From assembly GCA_036172245.1 (NCBI GenBank), contig JAYWIR010000004.1, forward strand, positions 6,324,001 to 6,388,000: DNA of 64,000 nucleotides, read 5' to 3'. Shown here piece after piece: positions 1-13,464 of the stretch; the first letter of the stretch is position 1, and each line of letters opens with the position of its first letter. Under the pieces are notes generated by a model. That model ran no database searches. It saw nothing but the letters and a program-made list of their open reading frames with translations, and was not told the origin of the DNA. The translations under genes were made by a program, and so were the position numbers. This DNA is from Raillietiella orientalis (taxonomy: Eukaryota).

Positions 1-1289
1 AATGTAACTGACTTCTAGCACCAAAAGTTGGTTAGAAAATTCTCTTGAAGTGATAAATTGTTCGATGAAAGGATGCCTCGTTGCTCATTCCATTACATGG
101 AATTGTCCGAAATTCGTGATATTCGAGTATTTGTCAACCTTGCTCACTCTGAAGATGGAGCAACATCCGCAAAATATCAACAAACTTCTCCCTCAGACTG
201 CAGTCTAATAACAAGAAATGATCTCTATAAAACATTCGAAGGAACCAACTGCACGCGTACATCATGAGATTTCTATCATTTCAACTTCTTTGGTTAACTC
301 TTATAGTTTGGAAAAAGGATAGACCGAGTGAATGACGGAAACTCGTGATTCTCGAGCTTAAGATCCAGTTTCTTCTTGTCAGGAGTATTCCAACCTTGTC
401 ACGAGTCTGCTTTTGTATAGAGAAAACCTGTACATTATCGAAAATCTTACCTCTTCGTGCAAGAAAAGGAAGAGAGTCATTCTTATTTTGGAAGCAAATT
501 ACTTTGGAGCGATGACCGTGCTGAGTGAGAGTAATAAAGAATGTAAATTTTTACTGACATTTTTGAGATTGGGAATTTTTTAATGTAAGGTTGTACAAAC
601 ATCGATGCATGTTAAGTTCCAACTTTTACAAGGATCGAAGCATAAGCAGAAGATCTCTTTTGTACAAAATGCCACTATGCAAGCAAAGATCAACACGTGT
701 GCTCTGCCTTCGGAATTCCATTCAGGATTACGTCGTGCCTATTCTTTTCAGTAAATAATATTAAATAGAAATCGGATTTCACCTGAAAGTTCTGTAGTCA
801 TCCATGAAAAATTACTATTTCAATTGAAATTGCGTCTGCATATCGTATAATCACTAGATGACTTCTGGAATACTGTAAGGAGGATACAAGAAACTGCTAC
901 AAAAAAAGTTATGTGCAAATTATCTGCTGTATACCTGGCAAGGGTTGGAATGCTTCGTTCATTTTCACGCGTGTCAGTTACCCCTCTAATGCATCACTCA
1001 TCAGCGAATTATTAATGACGATCAGTTTAATAGGAACGCTAAATATGTGCAAATTCCTCCATGCTTCTGGAAATTACGAGTATTCCTGGAGCTGCATTGC
1101 TCCGAATGATGCAGAACGTAACGGGAAAGGAAGTGAGATGAAATTTTACAATGCACTCCAGAAGTTCGTCGTGGACGTGTCAGCATAGTTTGGAGAAGAT
1201 GACGTTTTCACCAGTCGAACTCAAGGAATAAATCCTGCAAGAGTATGGGAGAACTCATACTGTGGTTTACTGGAGGTGAGTGAATACGG

Positions 1290-2050
1290 TATTGTGCCAG
1301 ATGCCTCCTTTTCATCCTTTAGTGCAAATTCCTGCTTTCCTGAACCGCTACTGCGTTCCAGCTGAAGTGCCAGACATGAGAATTCAACGTTAAGAATTAT
1401 GATCCAAGGAAAAGTACAGGACTCTAAAACGGAAGTCTCGTTGCCATTTTAGGATTATTTACTAGGAAGCATAGGTATGAGGTAATCTTGAATGGAATTA
1501 AATCGAGGAACGTTTTGCTCAGAGACACACGAGAAAGATTCCTTCGCTTTCATTTGAAATTCGCTCTTCCAGTGGGAAATATGGAATTTAACCATGCATT
1601 TAAAATGCTATGACAGTCCAATCCATTGGAAAACCTGGATGAATAAATGCCAGATTTTTGGACTTTGTAGGAATTTGAAGTGGAATGCTAGGCTGTCTTC
1701 TGCTTCAGAGGAGTTTCAACATCTTTCAAATGCTCTTATCTTTCAGCGACTCAGTATCTTGGATTGTAAATTTCGAATCATCACTACTTTGCCCAGTCGA
1801 AGAAATTCAGTCGGAAGTCACACTTTCCTAAATCTTGAATTTTATTCCTTCCACTCCACTGTTGAAAATTCCTCCAATGTAGAGGAAAAGAAATAAGGTT
1901 TTCACAAAACCTCCCTTCGACGAGAGAGGATCCTTTATGGTCCCTAAGAGATCGTTTCTCATCGAAGAATTTTACGTCCGTAGAGTTTCTGTTCTCAGAA
2001 TTTCGATGGCACAGAGAATCCGGGTGTGCCGATTGGTGGCACATTGATTT
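1290..2050 (-). mobile_element. Degenerate LINE (L1-like) ORF2 RT fragment
   Basis: ORF 1784..2044(-) reads PDSLC (~RPISLC), SLVEGRFCENL (~GFVEGRxIxDNI), RLNFFDWAK (~KLDFxKAxD) in RT order. CTKG*KGGI (~CxPKxxGGLG) lies near 1300-1325. Confidence 0.4.
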
Positions 2051-3299
2051 CCTGACTTTCCTGGTGCAAAAGAGTAAACCACCTTACCACGAATACTGAT
2101 ACGTTTGACTGTACTCTAATTTTCGAATCTTATCTCACTCATTTGCATATATCTTTCTGATAAACTTGAGAGGAACGTTTCCTGAGAATGAAAGCTACTG
2201 AGAATGTGGTGGTGACATGCATAGCTGCAGCTCTAATGCATCATTCTTCACAAAGTGGTGAGAATTGTTCGAGAAATAAATACTGGACTGTAGGTTTGAA
2301 AAAACAAACAAACAATCCAATTTTTTCACAGTTATTTCGGGCAGAGGTAGGCAATTCTGATTTAGTACGGATTTTTGGGTTTCTAATGCAGGTTTTTACC
2401 GTTGATTAGGTAATGCGGTTTCCTTATGGAGATCCAGTAGTCGAGAACAATCATCATGGAATCGAGGCAAATCTCCAGGCCATGACGTGACTGCTGAAAA
2501 CCGTCCATGGCAATTCTAAGAAGAATTTGTTGCTTTCTCTACTCTTATGATGAAATGATTTGATGACATCAGCAAAAAAGTAGGCATCTTCTATCAAACT
2601 TCTCACCTGAGGTAGTAAGAACTTTGGGCTCAGATCTGCTACAGAAATGTTTTCTTCAGTTGGTTACGGGATGCCAAAGGTAAACGCTTAGAAGCCTAGA
2701 AGCTTCTCGATCTCTCAATGGCTGTTCAGGTGCTGCAAACAGCAAATACCTCTTGAAACCAACGTTCTGGAATCTCCACGGATTGGAGAATCTTTGCGAG
2801 GGAAGGGGAAAAGGGGGGGGGGAAGTACTCTCAATCTCTCAGAGAGATGCTCTAACGCGTCTTCATCGCCTAGTCTGAACGCCCATTTCTAAAATGACCA
2901 CTTAGAGAAATCCACTCGAGTTCACCGCATTCCGTTCCTCTCGTCTGCGAACAAATCGTTGGATTGGTGACTATGCGAATCGATAGGAAGATGCGTGCGG
3001 TTCGGGTTCAACCCTCCCAAAGAAGCCATTGAAGTGAGTAGTGCATGGAGGAACCCTTTGTTGAAACATTGGCATCCTCCCATCGTTTCTCCCTTCTTCC
3101 AGCATCATTTACGTGCCCCACTCTTGTGAATCAGTGATTTGCACCCCAGAAATGTGATACACCGTGGTTCGAAGCTGCGAACACACTCGCGCAAGAGAAT
3201 CTCGAGGGCGCTCCTTGGTGGTCGAAAGTGCGTCTTGACTGTGCGGCCCCTTACGAAGGACACGGAGCAAATAAACTTTCGGATCCACTTAAGGAGCCA

Positions 3300-5300
3300 T
3301 TAGAAGCTGAGTTCAGGGAAGTTCAAGCACCCACCGCCGGTTCCAGCTATCGGTGGGCGCGAAACAAAGCAAATAAAAAAAACAACAAACAAACAAATTA
3401 AAAAGCAAAGTGTAGCCCCCAAAAGAAAACGAGCTTCCGCCTTCTTTGAGGAGCAGGCACTCTTTGGCTGGAGAAGAAGATAAGGGAGCTTCCGTCTCTC
3501 TTCTGTGGGGAAGCTGCCGCTTGACGCGGAGAGACGTCTTGTTTGACGTGAGGCTGTCACCAGCAGCCGAAAAGGGAAGAAGCTCCGTGTGATCTTCGTG
3601 TGCAGCAGAACGGAAAAGCAGGCGGAGGAATGCTCCGCTGCCGCCGTGGTACAGCCGCCCCGCTAATTCCCCCCCCCCCCCTTCGCCTCTCGAAGTGCTG
3701 CTCTTCGGGAAAGTGAATGCTTCTGGCACCGACAAAATGCTGTAGCGACGTTAGCAGCGGGATGGAGCACGGAGGGCAGATTCCACCCCCCTAATCCCTC
3801 GTTCCATGGGAAACCGGAGGATCCTCCAAGGAGGTTAACAGACAAAAGGTTTTGAAAAAAATCACTCGGAGTCTTCGATCCATCTGTGCTATGAGATTAC
3901 CATCAGCTCCTGCCAGACTTCCTCGAAGTGGGCGAACGACCGCATGGAAAGGCAACAAGTAACACACATTCTCTTACGCATGCAGTGGCGACCCTATCAC
4001 TCCCCCCTTCCCCCCAGGGGGGTTGCGCTTCACTTAGCGAGAAGGTCCTTAGGCGCACGAGGAAAATATTCGGCTCCAATCCAGACTCTCCTTCATCACG
4101 GAGGGCTCGCTTTGTTCCCTTGCAAACAGGCAGTCGCCTCTCCTGGAGGCGAGCGTCCGCAGCCCGGCCGAGGGGCCAGCTCTCTCCTGCAGCAGCAGCC
4201 ATCCGAGCAGGAACAGGATGCGTCTACGCCGCAGACTCTGGAGCGATACGCCCAAGCCTGGCAACGGGGACGGGAGCTCCTGGAAACGGGGGCGGCTCCC
4301 GTCGTCTTGCCGGGAGAGCGGGACTCTCCTCCTCGCCGGGTAGAATGCGTGTCGTGTCATCGTCAGCAGCTCCGCGCAATTTCGGGAAGGAGAGCGCGTC
4401 GCGGAGGAGGAGGAGGAGAGGCAGGAGGGAGGATGACTCAGCACCGCTATTGGGGTCGGGCGGTTGGTGGCAGCTCCCGTTCAAGACGCAGGAAATGCGA
4501 CTCTCTCAACGAGCAGGGCGTTGCCAAGAAAGGAGATTTGCACACTTTATCGGGGGCTGCCTCGCGGAGCAGCCACGCGGCTTGTTCTGGGTTCTCAGTT
4601 TGAGCGCGCGGTAGGGAGGCGACCAGACGTGGAGGGAAGGACGGAAACAGAGCGCCAGTATAGCTTCCTTTCGACTCTCGGCTCCAGGAACCCTCTCCCC
4701 ACAAGCCTACTCGCTTCGAGAGGACGGAGTTGGGAAAACGACGAACCGATACTCTTGTAGCATTTCGCAGGAAAATACCTCTTCCATATCAAAGTCCACC
4801 AACCAGCTGGCTTCGTCGAAGGCGGAAGATGGTTCCAAGCGGCGGCAAAAGAGGGCACCGCAGACCGATGTTCCGGTGAGAGAGTAGGCGGAAGACGGAA
4901 AGCGAGAGGGAAGGTAGGCAGGAAAAAGGAGAAAACGGATCAGCATTCCATCCCGCTTCGCGAAGGAAACCCACGTCTGTTCCTTGAAGGGAGGGTGGCT
5001 GCCGTGGTTGCTCTCCTGGTAAGGACAGCTATTCATGACTTGAAAGTGTTCTTTGTCTTTCGAACGAACAATTCGTAAGTGGTTCGCATCTTCATTTCGC
5101 TATTACCTCTTCCTCGGATGCTTTTTTCCGGGGAATCGGAATAGAGTGAGGAGACTTCTTGCTGTTTTCTGAGAGGAATCTTCCATGTGAGCTGCTTCCT
5201 GGAGGTGAATTCGGATCCTCTTCTGTCGTGCAAAATATCGCCGACCTACTCCGAGCCACTGCACGTTGAAAATCTGCTTTTGGCTTCCACCTCGGAGGCA
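3300..5300 (-). mobile_element. Degenerate, internally deleted LINE (EN-RT-C-term plus 3' UTR)
   Basis: Colinear motifs on the minus strand: WKPKADF (~WxxxGDFN, EN, ~5270-5289); YFPAKCYK (~GFPAEFYK) and YWRSVSVL (~NWRPISLL) in ORF 4595..4858; PWNEGLGGWNL (~PKxEGGLG) in ORF 3663..3845. A T-rich 3' UTR with a hairpin follows at 3327-3420. Confidence 0.55.
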
Positions 5301-7560
5301 TCTTTGTTTTTCTTCTGATGTCGAAAAATTGGATGCAACAGCTGTAGTCTCAAGGCAGCTTTGGGAGAATCAGTGGGGCAGGAGAAGGAAAACGGCCATC
5401 AAGGGAACATTTTCAACAAAGACATTTGACAGTCGGCCATTTCATTAGTGCTGATTTCACGAAGGGTGACGTTACACTGATACGAGCGCCCAAAGGGTCC
5501 AGCTCCAACAAACGATAGAATCATGCATCCACTGCAAAACAACCTTTAATTGAATCAGCAGGTGTGAAGCTCGTTATTCGGTGCATATGGAGACCATTGC
5601 TCAGTGCATAAGGGTCTGCTGCATCTCAGCTCGTGCCTTCTTTGAGTCGTTCTTGTCTGCTCTCGTTCGCTCCTTTCCTACACGACCGGAAAGAGAGGAA
5701 AAAAATAATAGCTTTCACTGATCCCTGCTTTGGGATTCAAAATATCTCAGAGGCTGCCGTTCTATGGTCTTGAAAGCTCTAGAGTTGACTTCCTTGTAGC
5801 TTTCGGTCTTTTGCATCATCTGAGAGGATACGCTGTCTTCCTCCCCTGCTGTATATAGAAATCAGCAAACAATTAAGTGTCGGCCCGCGTTCAGCGTACT
5901 GCTGGCCCTTTCTGTTCAAACTGTTGACTTCTCTCCCACAAAAACGATGTGATCCTTCTCGGCGTGCAAGAGATGACCACCTGCTCCCTTCCGTTAAAGA
6001 CATCCAGCAAGTGCTTCTTGGATAGCACTCTGGAGTCCGTCCGGAGCTTTTTGAATGTGCTCAACTCTCCAGCCTGCGTCAATTTCGTGTCGGTTCCTCA
6101 AGCCTCCTCGAGGTTTCCAAGAGTGGTGTTTACGTATAAAAACAAACACCTATCTTCTCACGTTCATGTCTATAAACCTTTACTTGCTCATAATGTTGTT
6201 AGACAGAGTTCCTTGAACAGTTTTGCTTTAATTTCAATACCAGTTCATTTTCTGTTATCTGTGTTTCAAACTCGCTAAGTGTTTGAGCTTAATAGTTCGG
6301 CTTATAGTAGCTGCTTATTTGTGTATTACTGATTTCTTTCCCAAGACTTCTAACCGTCAGTTTTAACCTGTAAAAGAAATGAGTTTTTCTGCATGTGATT
6401 TCTTCTGCAATTTTATACAGGTCTTTTAGCTCCTTCATCTTTGCTCTCCTTCATCTCCTTGCAGTCTTCTTTCTCAGCAATCCTTTTTACTCCAAAGTTT
6501 CAAAAAATCTTTACAGCCTTTCGAAGCCGTTTTTCAGCCACATCTCTCAGGAAGACTCTGAATTTAAATTTGGATCCGTATTGCTGCTATTGTTTATTTT
6601 TCTTTCTCTATGAAACCTTTTTGCATATTCCTTTGGGGTAGCATCATCGCCCCCAGCCAATTTCATCTGTCTTTTTCTGACTCAAACTATAAGTGCTTTC
6701 CAACAAAAAAAACTGCCACTGCTTGACAAAGAAGTAGCTGGAACCATTGTCCAACCTGTTTGCCTTCTTTCTCAAGAAGCATCTCTCTACGCTCATTAGT
6801 GAGATGATATTGTGTAGGGCGGTTGGTTTGCGGTCGGTTACGCAACCGGTCTTGGCTCACCCCACCTCCTGGTCAGCATGAGAACAAATACCTCTTTGAA
6901 GGTGGGACTCAAGGAGCTTAATGGCCATTGGGTTCGAAATCTAATGAGTCAGATAGCTGCGCAACTATGATCTGAGAATGCCTTATAATTGGATTTTAAA
7001 AAAACAAAGAAAGAGGCTGACATTAATGTGACAGAGCTGTGTCACAATCAGTAGATGTATTGTTGCTATCTAACAAGGGAATGATCTCACTGTGAGCGCT
7101 TCTCTTCTCCATGCCAACTGCAAAATTTAGCTTCCACCATCTTTTCACGCAAATTCAAAATCGAGTATTAATCCACTTCAGTGAAACTTGACTCTGCAAT
7201 TCACAAGGATGTCGATATCTCCCCTTGTCAATGAGAACGCTTCTTGCAACTGATTTTTCTTTACTAGAATTGAAGATTTAACGAATAAGACGGTCCCTGT
7301 TCTTCTAATGCCCGATATGGTGCGAAACTGGGTCATGCATCTCAAGTCAAGAATGAGGCCCCTTTACCTCTGCATCGGCAGACACGACCTTGATCGATTG
7401 CATCAAGAAGGTGACTCGTCGGCAACGGGAGATTGTAGCTAGCAGTCAAAAGGATCAATCCCGGCGTGGAATTGTCGCTGCTAGCTGACCACGTTTCAAG
7501 AGAATGAAGCTGCGTCACTATACTGGACGCATGCTACTTATTCGAAAGCAAACTGACAGT

Positions 7561-7930
7561 ACTCAAGAAGAAATGAAAGAGAATAGGGAAACTACGGTAA
7601 CAATGTCTTCTCCTTCCAAAAGCCTAGGAGTCAATTCTCTCGGTCATGGTCGTCTCATCGGTATTCTAGGATTATGAAAACGGCGATGTTCTTCAAGAGC
7701 TGGGAATTCCTAGGCAGAATGCGAAACAGCTCGGTTACGCAATGGTGTTAACCAAACGCATTAGAGGCACTCACTGAACGCGGCTCTTCGAACAGCTTCT
7801 GAATCACTAAGCTCAGACCGGTGTGATCAAAACACCAAAGAACCTTTACAATGGCAGAATTCAACCAAGCCGACTGGACAAAGCGGCAAAAACTCTCGCT
7901 ACCGAGCTTAGGACTGACCGTCAATCGATT
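7561..7930 (+). mobile_element. Degenerate LINE RT N-terminal fragment
   Basis: From 7561 in frame: TQEEMKE...MSSPSKSLGVN (~TxEEI...KSPGxDG). From 7820: GVIKTPKNLYNGRIQP...KAAKTLATEL (~GVIKLIPK...NWRPI...KIIAKxLAxRL). Confidence 0.5.
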
Positions 7931-8689
7931 CCCTCACTTCACCACTCAGTGTCTCCATCTTTAGAGATCCATAGCTCACAAGCCCTCTTCAGCAGCAAGG
8001 AAGCTATAAAGATGGACTAGAAAGAGTGGAAATTGTGGAAAATCTTTTCTTTGCTTTCCTTTTATGCATTTCCAAATATTTTAGATAAGACCTTCATCTC
8101 ATCACAACTTGAGCTATGTGATAAAATGATCTTTTGATAATACGGTTGTTTCAGTGGAAGTTGGGCTGAGCTCGTCGCCTCCGTCGTTCAAAGGTAACTT
8201 TGAACGAAACGCTGAGTTCTTCTATGATCTGGTGGCGGAATCGTGCTGAGCTTGGGTGCGCTTGGGTTTCAGGAAGAATTTTGGATGTCACGGTTCAGAT
8301 TTCGCACCCATTCATCCGTGGATGCGCAGATGCTGATAGGTATCTTTAATACGAACATAGGAGGACGTTCGCACAGGTGCTGATCTGCACAGAAGAGTGG
8401 GAACGTGTAAAGTGGCATCTCCGGAACCAGAAGGCAACAGCCAGCAGGACTGTGTTCGCTGACTCCCAAACGTTCTGGAAAGTGATTTGGAAACCCGACA
8501 TTCTGACCTGGATGTTTCACAGGAAATTGAGGGGGAACTATGCGTATCGGCTGAATTCACATGTCCTTACCGAAGTAAGGCGTGGTTATGTGCCCTCTAT
8601 TGTCTGGAAAAAGAAAACGTGAGTATATTCGGGGAAGCCTACAATTATCTTCAAACGCATAGAAGATAACGAGAGAGGAACAAAAATGC

Positions 8690-10640
8690 CTTGAATTGCA
8701 AAATTCTTAGATTGGAGGATTCTCCGCGCTCTCTAAGGAACAGGCAAGAGAGCTTTTGGTCAACTCCGGAGGTCTTGCACTCTTGTTCACCAGCTCTTTG
8801 TAGCGGTGACTTAAATACTCCTCGTCTCCGGGATCCCTCATCTCCAGACTTCTTATCTCCTTTCATCTCCTCTCTCCCTCTACAAAGATTCATCATTCGT
8901 AATGAGGTAGTTGGATGGTAGCAAAAAGAGTCTCTACCGTCTTGCCACCTAAGGAACCCTTGGATGGCTGTGTTTGACCCATAGGCGTAGTCCAATACGT
9001 TGCAGATTCCCTGAGCTCGAGTTTTTGTAACCATCCAGCCAGTCCCTCTCAGAGACTCTTTTATTCCTCTTGGACAGTCGGTGCACTCTCACACGTGGCC
9101 CCGAGGCGAACTTTGAGCCTTCCTCTTGGGTCAAGCGGCTCAAGAGCCACAGGTGGAATCTTTTGAGAGTGCAGCTAGAGCTATGTGGAACGATGACGTC
9201 AGTTTTCCCGGAGGGAAGTAATCTGCTCGGAGGGAGTAAGACTTTACAAGTTGCTGGAAGCATGCGCTCTGCTTGAGCTGTACCACTTTTCTCTTCTTTT
9301 CTTATTTTCCTCGAGTTCCACTTCACCTTCCCTCCCCCACTCGCGCTCTCACAGACAGCTGGAACCTGGAAGCCGATGAAGCGAGGGAGTGGGACCAGGG
9401 ACCAGACCCGAGACTCGCGCACGCCTGCAACTGGAAATCCACTGCAAAACGCAAATGAAATCCTTTCGGCGACGAAGAAGTCCGCGCTCCCTCGCTCGCA
9501 GGCTTCTGTTTCCTTGCGAACCGCTGCGTGTGTCCATCGTCGCGTCGGTTGACTCCTGGCTCGAGGCACCGTAGTCTGGCTCCGTCGGTCCTTGGAGCCA
9601 AACTACGGCTCTCAGCCCACAGTCAACCAAGAATTTCCCTGCCGTCTTCTTTTAATAGCTTGAAGCTGGCCAGGATCCTGGCGGAAGGAAAAACAGAAGA
9701 AAAAATCAGACGCGGCTCTTGCGAAACTCTTCCTCTTTCTGCATGGGGACTTACAGTCTGCCGCTCCAGCCGGTGGTGATCGTGGATCGGAGCCCGGTCT
9801 AGTGGAAGGGAAGGGCCAAGCCGTGCGGTACATCGAGTTCTGACGAGACGTCGCTAAATGTCATCAATGCTCCTCCCGCTCTCGATGATTTTTCCCTCGT
9901 CCATCAAAAGACAGGGAAGAAGGACTCTCAAGTCAAAGAGGGACTTCGAGAAAGGAGTCCTCAGGTATTCCAAAAAGAATGGAAACCTCCAGGATATGCA
10001 AGATGGAAAAGCCTCGGAGCAGCTCACGTGGGTTGGAGAACGCAGCTCAGATAATCTGAGCAAGAGGTTTCCACGGTGTGGAAGTCGATTCGCTAAAAAA
10101 ATCTGGACGCAGTGGTTCTCCCTCGTCTGAAGGACGAGGAATCAAGAAATCGACAGATGCCGAGAACTCCCGATGAAACTGCTAGGCTTTGCAAAGTTCA
10201 GATCGTTTGCCCAACTTCCGGTCCTGGCTGCCCACCGCACTGACTACAGTGATTCTCCTTCGAGAGACCCAAAAAGAGGAAGAGGAGTCGATGGAACCAT
10301 TCTATGGATTCATCTGGCTAATATGAAGTCTGCTTAGCCCACTAGAGGAACAAGAAAAAGCAAAAGATAGGCATTCCTTTTTACAGCATCGCCTTCCTCC
10401 TCAATGAAGAAAAGTCGTCATCCCAGGAGAGAGAGGGAACTCCCATCGAACGAATGCCCGTTCTTGTCTTCTGAGCTAAAAACCAACATGCCTCAGGGGC
10501 TATGGGTGAATTCTAAGAAGGTATTGATAATGGAATGCTGATTGGTTCTTGCTCTTTTCCACGTCTCCCTTCCAGTTTTTTTTTTTTTTCTCGTGCCCCG
10601 CCCCCTCACCTTTTTTTTGTGGTTCGCCAAGTACTCTGGT
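8690..10640 (+). mobile_element. Degenerate, internally deleted LINE (EN to zf-RVT-like region plus T-rich 3' UTR)
   Basis: ORF 8691..8921 has RQESFW...LCSGDLN (~RxxFWxxL...GDFN, EN). EILSATKK lies near 9455. ORF 9858..10130 has CGSRFAKKIW (~CxFAxxIW). A T-rich tail follows at 10576-10618. Confidence 0.45.
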
Positions 10641-11149
10641 ACAACCGTTGCCTCATTCTGTCGGAGCTGTTCGGCAATGCTGCCGCCACGCGGAAGCTCA
10701 CACCACCCTAAGTGAGTGTGAATCTGGGAGGGCATACTTCGAAGAAACCGCCGTGCTAGGTGCTGCGCGCGGACCCGTGGCCACACGCTCATACGTGGGC
10801 AGAGTACATCGCTCATGGAGGAAGCATCCGTGGCAGCATCGCAACGCAGAGGACTGCGTTCTTCACGACATTCTGATGGCAAAGACCGCTTGCGTGGCCA
10901 GATATGCCCGTTTCAGTTCCAATGAAGACACGATTGGAGAAGAAACGGAAAGCTCGTCTTAGGAGCAAAAACCATTCTTCAGCGTTTCCTGGTGGAAGAC
11001 AAGAGCCAAAGAAGTCAACGAAGAAAAATTGAGAATGGGAAAGTTCCGTTTCTCCTTTGCAATCTCGGCATCTGTTTCCTTCAAAAAAACGGCTTAGAAT
11101 GTATTTGTCGTCTCATCTGTACATAAAGATGATCTCATCGTTTCAGCTC

Positions 11150-12079
11150 TCAGCATATGTGCAAAGAAGGAGAGTAAAGTAAACAACCGGGAACGTTTCG
11201 ATGGCGATTCGATCTTCAGAATTTTGCATATTCACAAAAGTCTTTTGTTTTACCTGCCAATAAAGCACCCTCAGCAGCTTCAGTACACCAGATTTTTGAC
11301 TAATAGCTGCATCAGTCCGGCGATTGCTGAAGAGAAGAGATGTTAACAAAGAGAAGAGGATTGAGGATAGAGTAAGGATCACATGAGAGGTAAAGGGGCG
11401 ATGAAGAGTGACAAAAGGATAGATTTCGAAGGAAATAAAGTAAGAAGACGAGCAAACAAGGCAAAAAATCTCTTCCTCGTGAAGAGAACATTCAGAATAT
11501 TGTGGTAAAAAACTTTTCTTCCTGAGGGTGACTTTAAAAAAGACTTCTTAGTGGATATAGTGGAAACCGCTTGCAGTTCAAATCCAAGACCATTAAAGCA
11601 AGTGTGGTAGGAAGATTTCACTTTTAATCAGATCTAGATGGAAGACATGACAATAGGAGAAGACGTGGAAAAGATAAACTGTGACTCAGATCCCTATACA
11701 AGATATACGTTCCCAGATCTTTCCTCACACCTTAGCATAATACTAAGTAACAAGGATATTGCTTTATTCCCAATATCCACTGGTATTCACAAGGAGAATG
11801 CCACCGGTGATTCTTTCGCAACCTCCTCATCCCGGTCCTGCACATTTATTTAAAACAAATGAAAATATACAATGATAAAAAGGAACACACATAGGCTCGT
11901 CCGAAAGGGTTCGAACCCAATTGAAGACTAAGATAGAGAGGGAGCGTAGGTGAAGAAGAGCCAATAAGTAAATAAATAAATAAATAAGGAGTTTATCCTC
12001 AAGGTGGCGGCCGTGACTCTCGAAGACCTGTTCTGGCGAGAATTGGAGGTTATGGGCTGGTGTTATGTCGCCAGCTACA
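11150..12079 (-). mobile_element. LTR-like segment (possible solo LTR); left boundary uncertain
   Basis: The minus strand starts TGTAGC at 12079. The segment has strong purine/pyrimidine strand skew, an internal (TAAA)4 and no coding signal. No TSD or matching terminus was found. Confidence 0.3.
11969..11987. repeat. (TAAA)n microsatellite
   Basis: taaa x4 plus taa. Confidence 0.9.
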
Positions 12080-12369
12080 ACCTAATCTGCTTACAACTGC
12101 CCTATTTTTCAGTTTGCATTTGTGCATTTTGTGGACCTCTGCATGGGAGCAATGTCTATTGCCAACAGCCCTCTTGGACAGCGGTCACACTCTTCTTTTA
12201 TCATAGATATCATTCCTGTTCTCACGAGAGGCCCCTAGCGAGAAGTTAACTGGTAAGACCGAGAAGGTGAATGTTTAACGATCTTCTCAACATCTCCTGT
12301 GAGGCACGATTTAACAGTTGAAGTGTTCCCTCAATGTCAGTTCCGGCTGAAGTCGGTCACATTTCAAAC

Positions 12370-12480
12370 GCATGTAGGATTTCCCCTGTTTCTGATAAAG
12401 AGTGTTTCTCGGGAAAGCTTCCAGCGGAGACATAGCTGAATTTCCTCTCACAAAGGGAGACCCAGGTGCAGCATTGAGAT
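12370..12480 (-). mobile_element. LINE post-RT fragment
   Basis: LHLGLPL (~YLGLPL, 12451-12471) followed by SLSETGEIL (~LSxAGRxxL, ~12376-12402). Confidence 0.35.
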
Positions 12481-13464
12481 TGCAGAAGGATGGAGGCTTT
12501 GATCAGGAAGCACAGAATCTCCAAATTCTTTCAGTGAATTCCTAGAAGTCCGATCTATCTTTGCGGCTCCTGAGAAAGGTTGTTTAGGGATGGTCTTCTG
12601 GACATAGCTACATCCCGCTTCATCACGCTGGCGGTTTGGTGATCACCGTGATTTGTCAGCTAATCCCCCACTCTATGCAGAAGAATTCAACCCCCCCTTC
12701 GTACTATCCAGGATCGATGAGAATTTCCTTCACAAACCAAAATAAATAACTAAAGATGGTATTTCGAATTTGGAGGCTTCATAAGCGCTGCTGCTGAAGG
12801 TAGTCGTATCCAAGTAACGTATTGATTGCTTGTTCCATATCATTCGGGGTTTCACCCAGGAATCTACTTGACCAGTCTCCACCAAACTAGGTGCCTTAAA
12901 AGCAAAATGCAGTGTGTGCTCATCTTCCAACTGCTTCTGTTGACAAGCAGACTGAAGTATCCAGCGTTTTCTAGAGACGAGACGAAGTGATACGGCCGCT
13001 ACGGATCGATTCACCGTATGCTGCACAAATGGGTTGTCTACCAAAAAATATTCAAATTTCTTGGCACTTCCCGTTTCCTAATAAGCAGAAACTTTTTTCT
13101 GTACTTTTCCACATGGTGAGAGAGCAACTGAGCATGACACCTCTTTCCAAAACATATAAGCTGGCGATGTGATGTTCGTATCTCCTTACTAGCTTATGAG
13201 AATGTTCAACATTCCTGTTTCAATTCTGTATCAGACTTAGTCTCGAGTCAGCAAATAACTTTACTGTGGAAGAGACACTATGAAATGATAATCATTTTTA
13301 CTGGGTCAGTTTCCAAGAAGACGCCCTGATGTTTGCCACAGGATTCATTATCAAAACTGAGTAAGAAAATACTCCATGGCTCTAAATTGAGCAGTGGCTC
13401 GCAAAAGTATCATTGGATTCGAAATGGGTGGAAATGATTCTAGCAAATTTGATCTCAATGACCT

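Noticed and set aside
913..1188. IAPNDAER...FYNALQ as an endonuclease YAP motif
   Set aside because: No GDFN follows, and neighbouring LINE motifs are on the opposite strand.
3928..4614. Longest ORFs (228 and 219 aa) as protein-coding genes
   Set aside because: They are low-complexity overlapping frames in GC-rich DNA with no recognisable domain, and the opposite strand carries LINE RT motifs.
6370..6650. Lys/Glu-rich minus-strand stretch resembling coding sequence
   Set aside because: It has several stops and frameshifts and no diagnostic motif chain.
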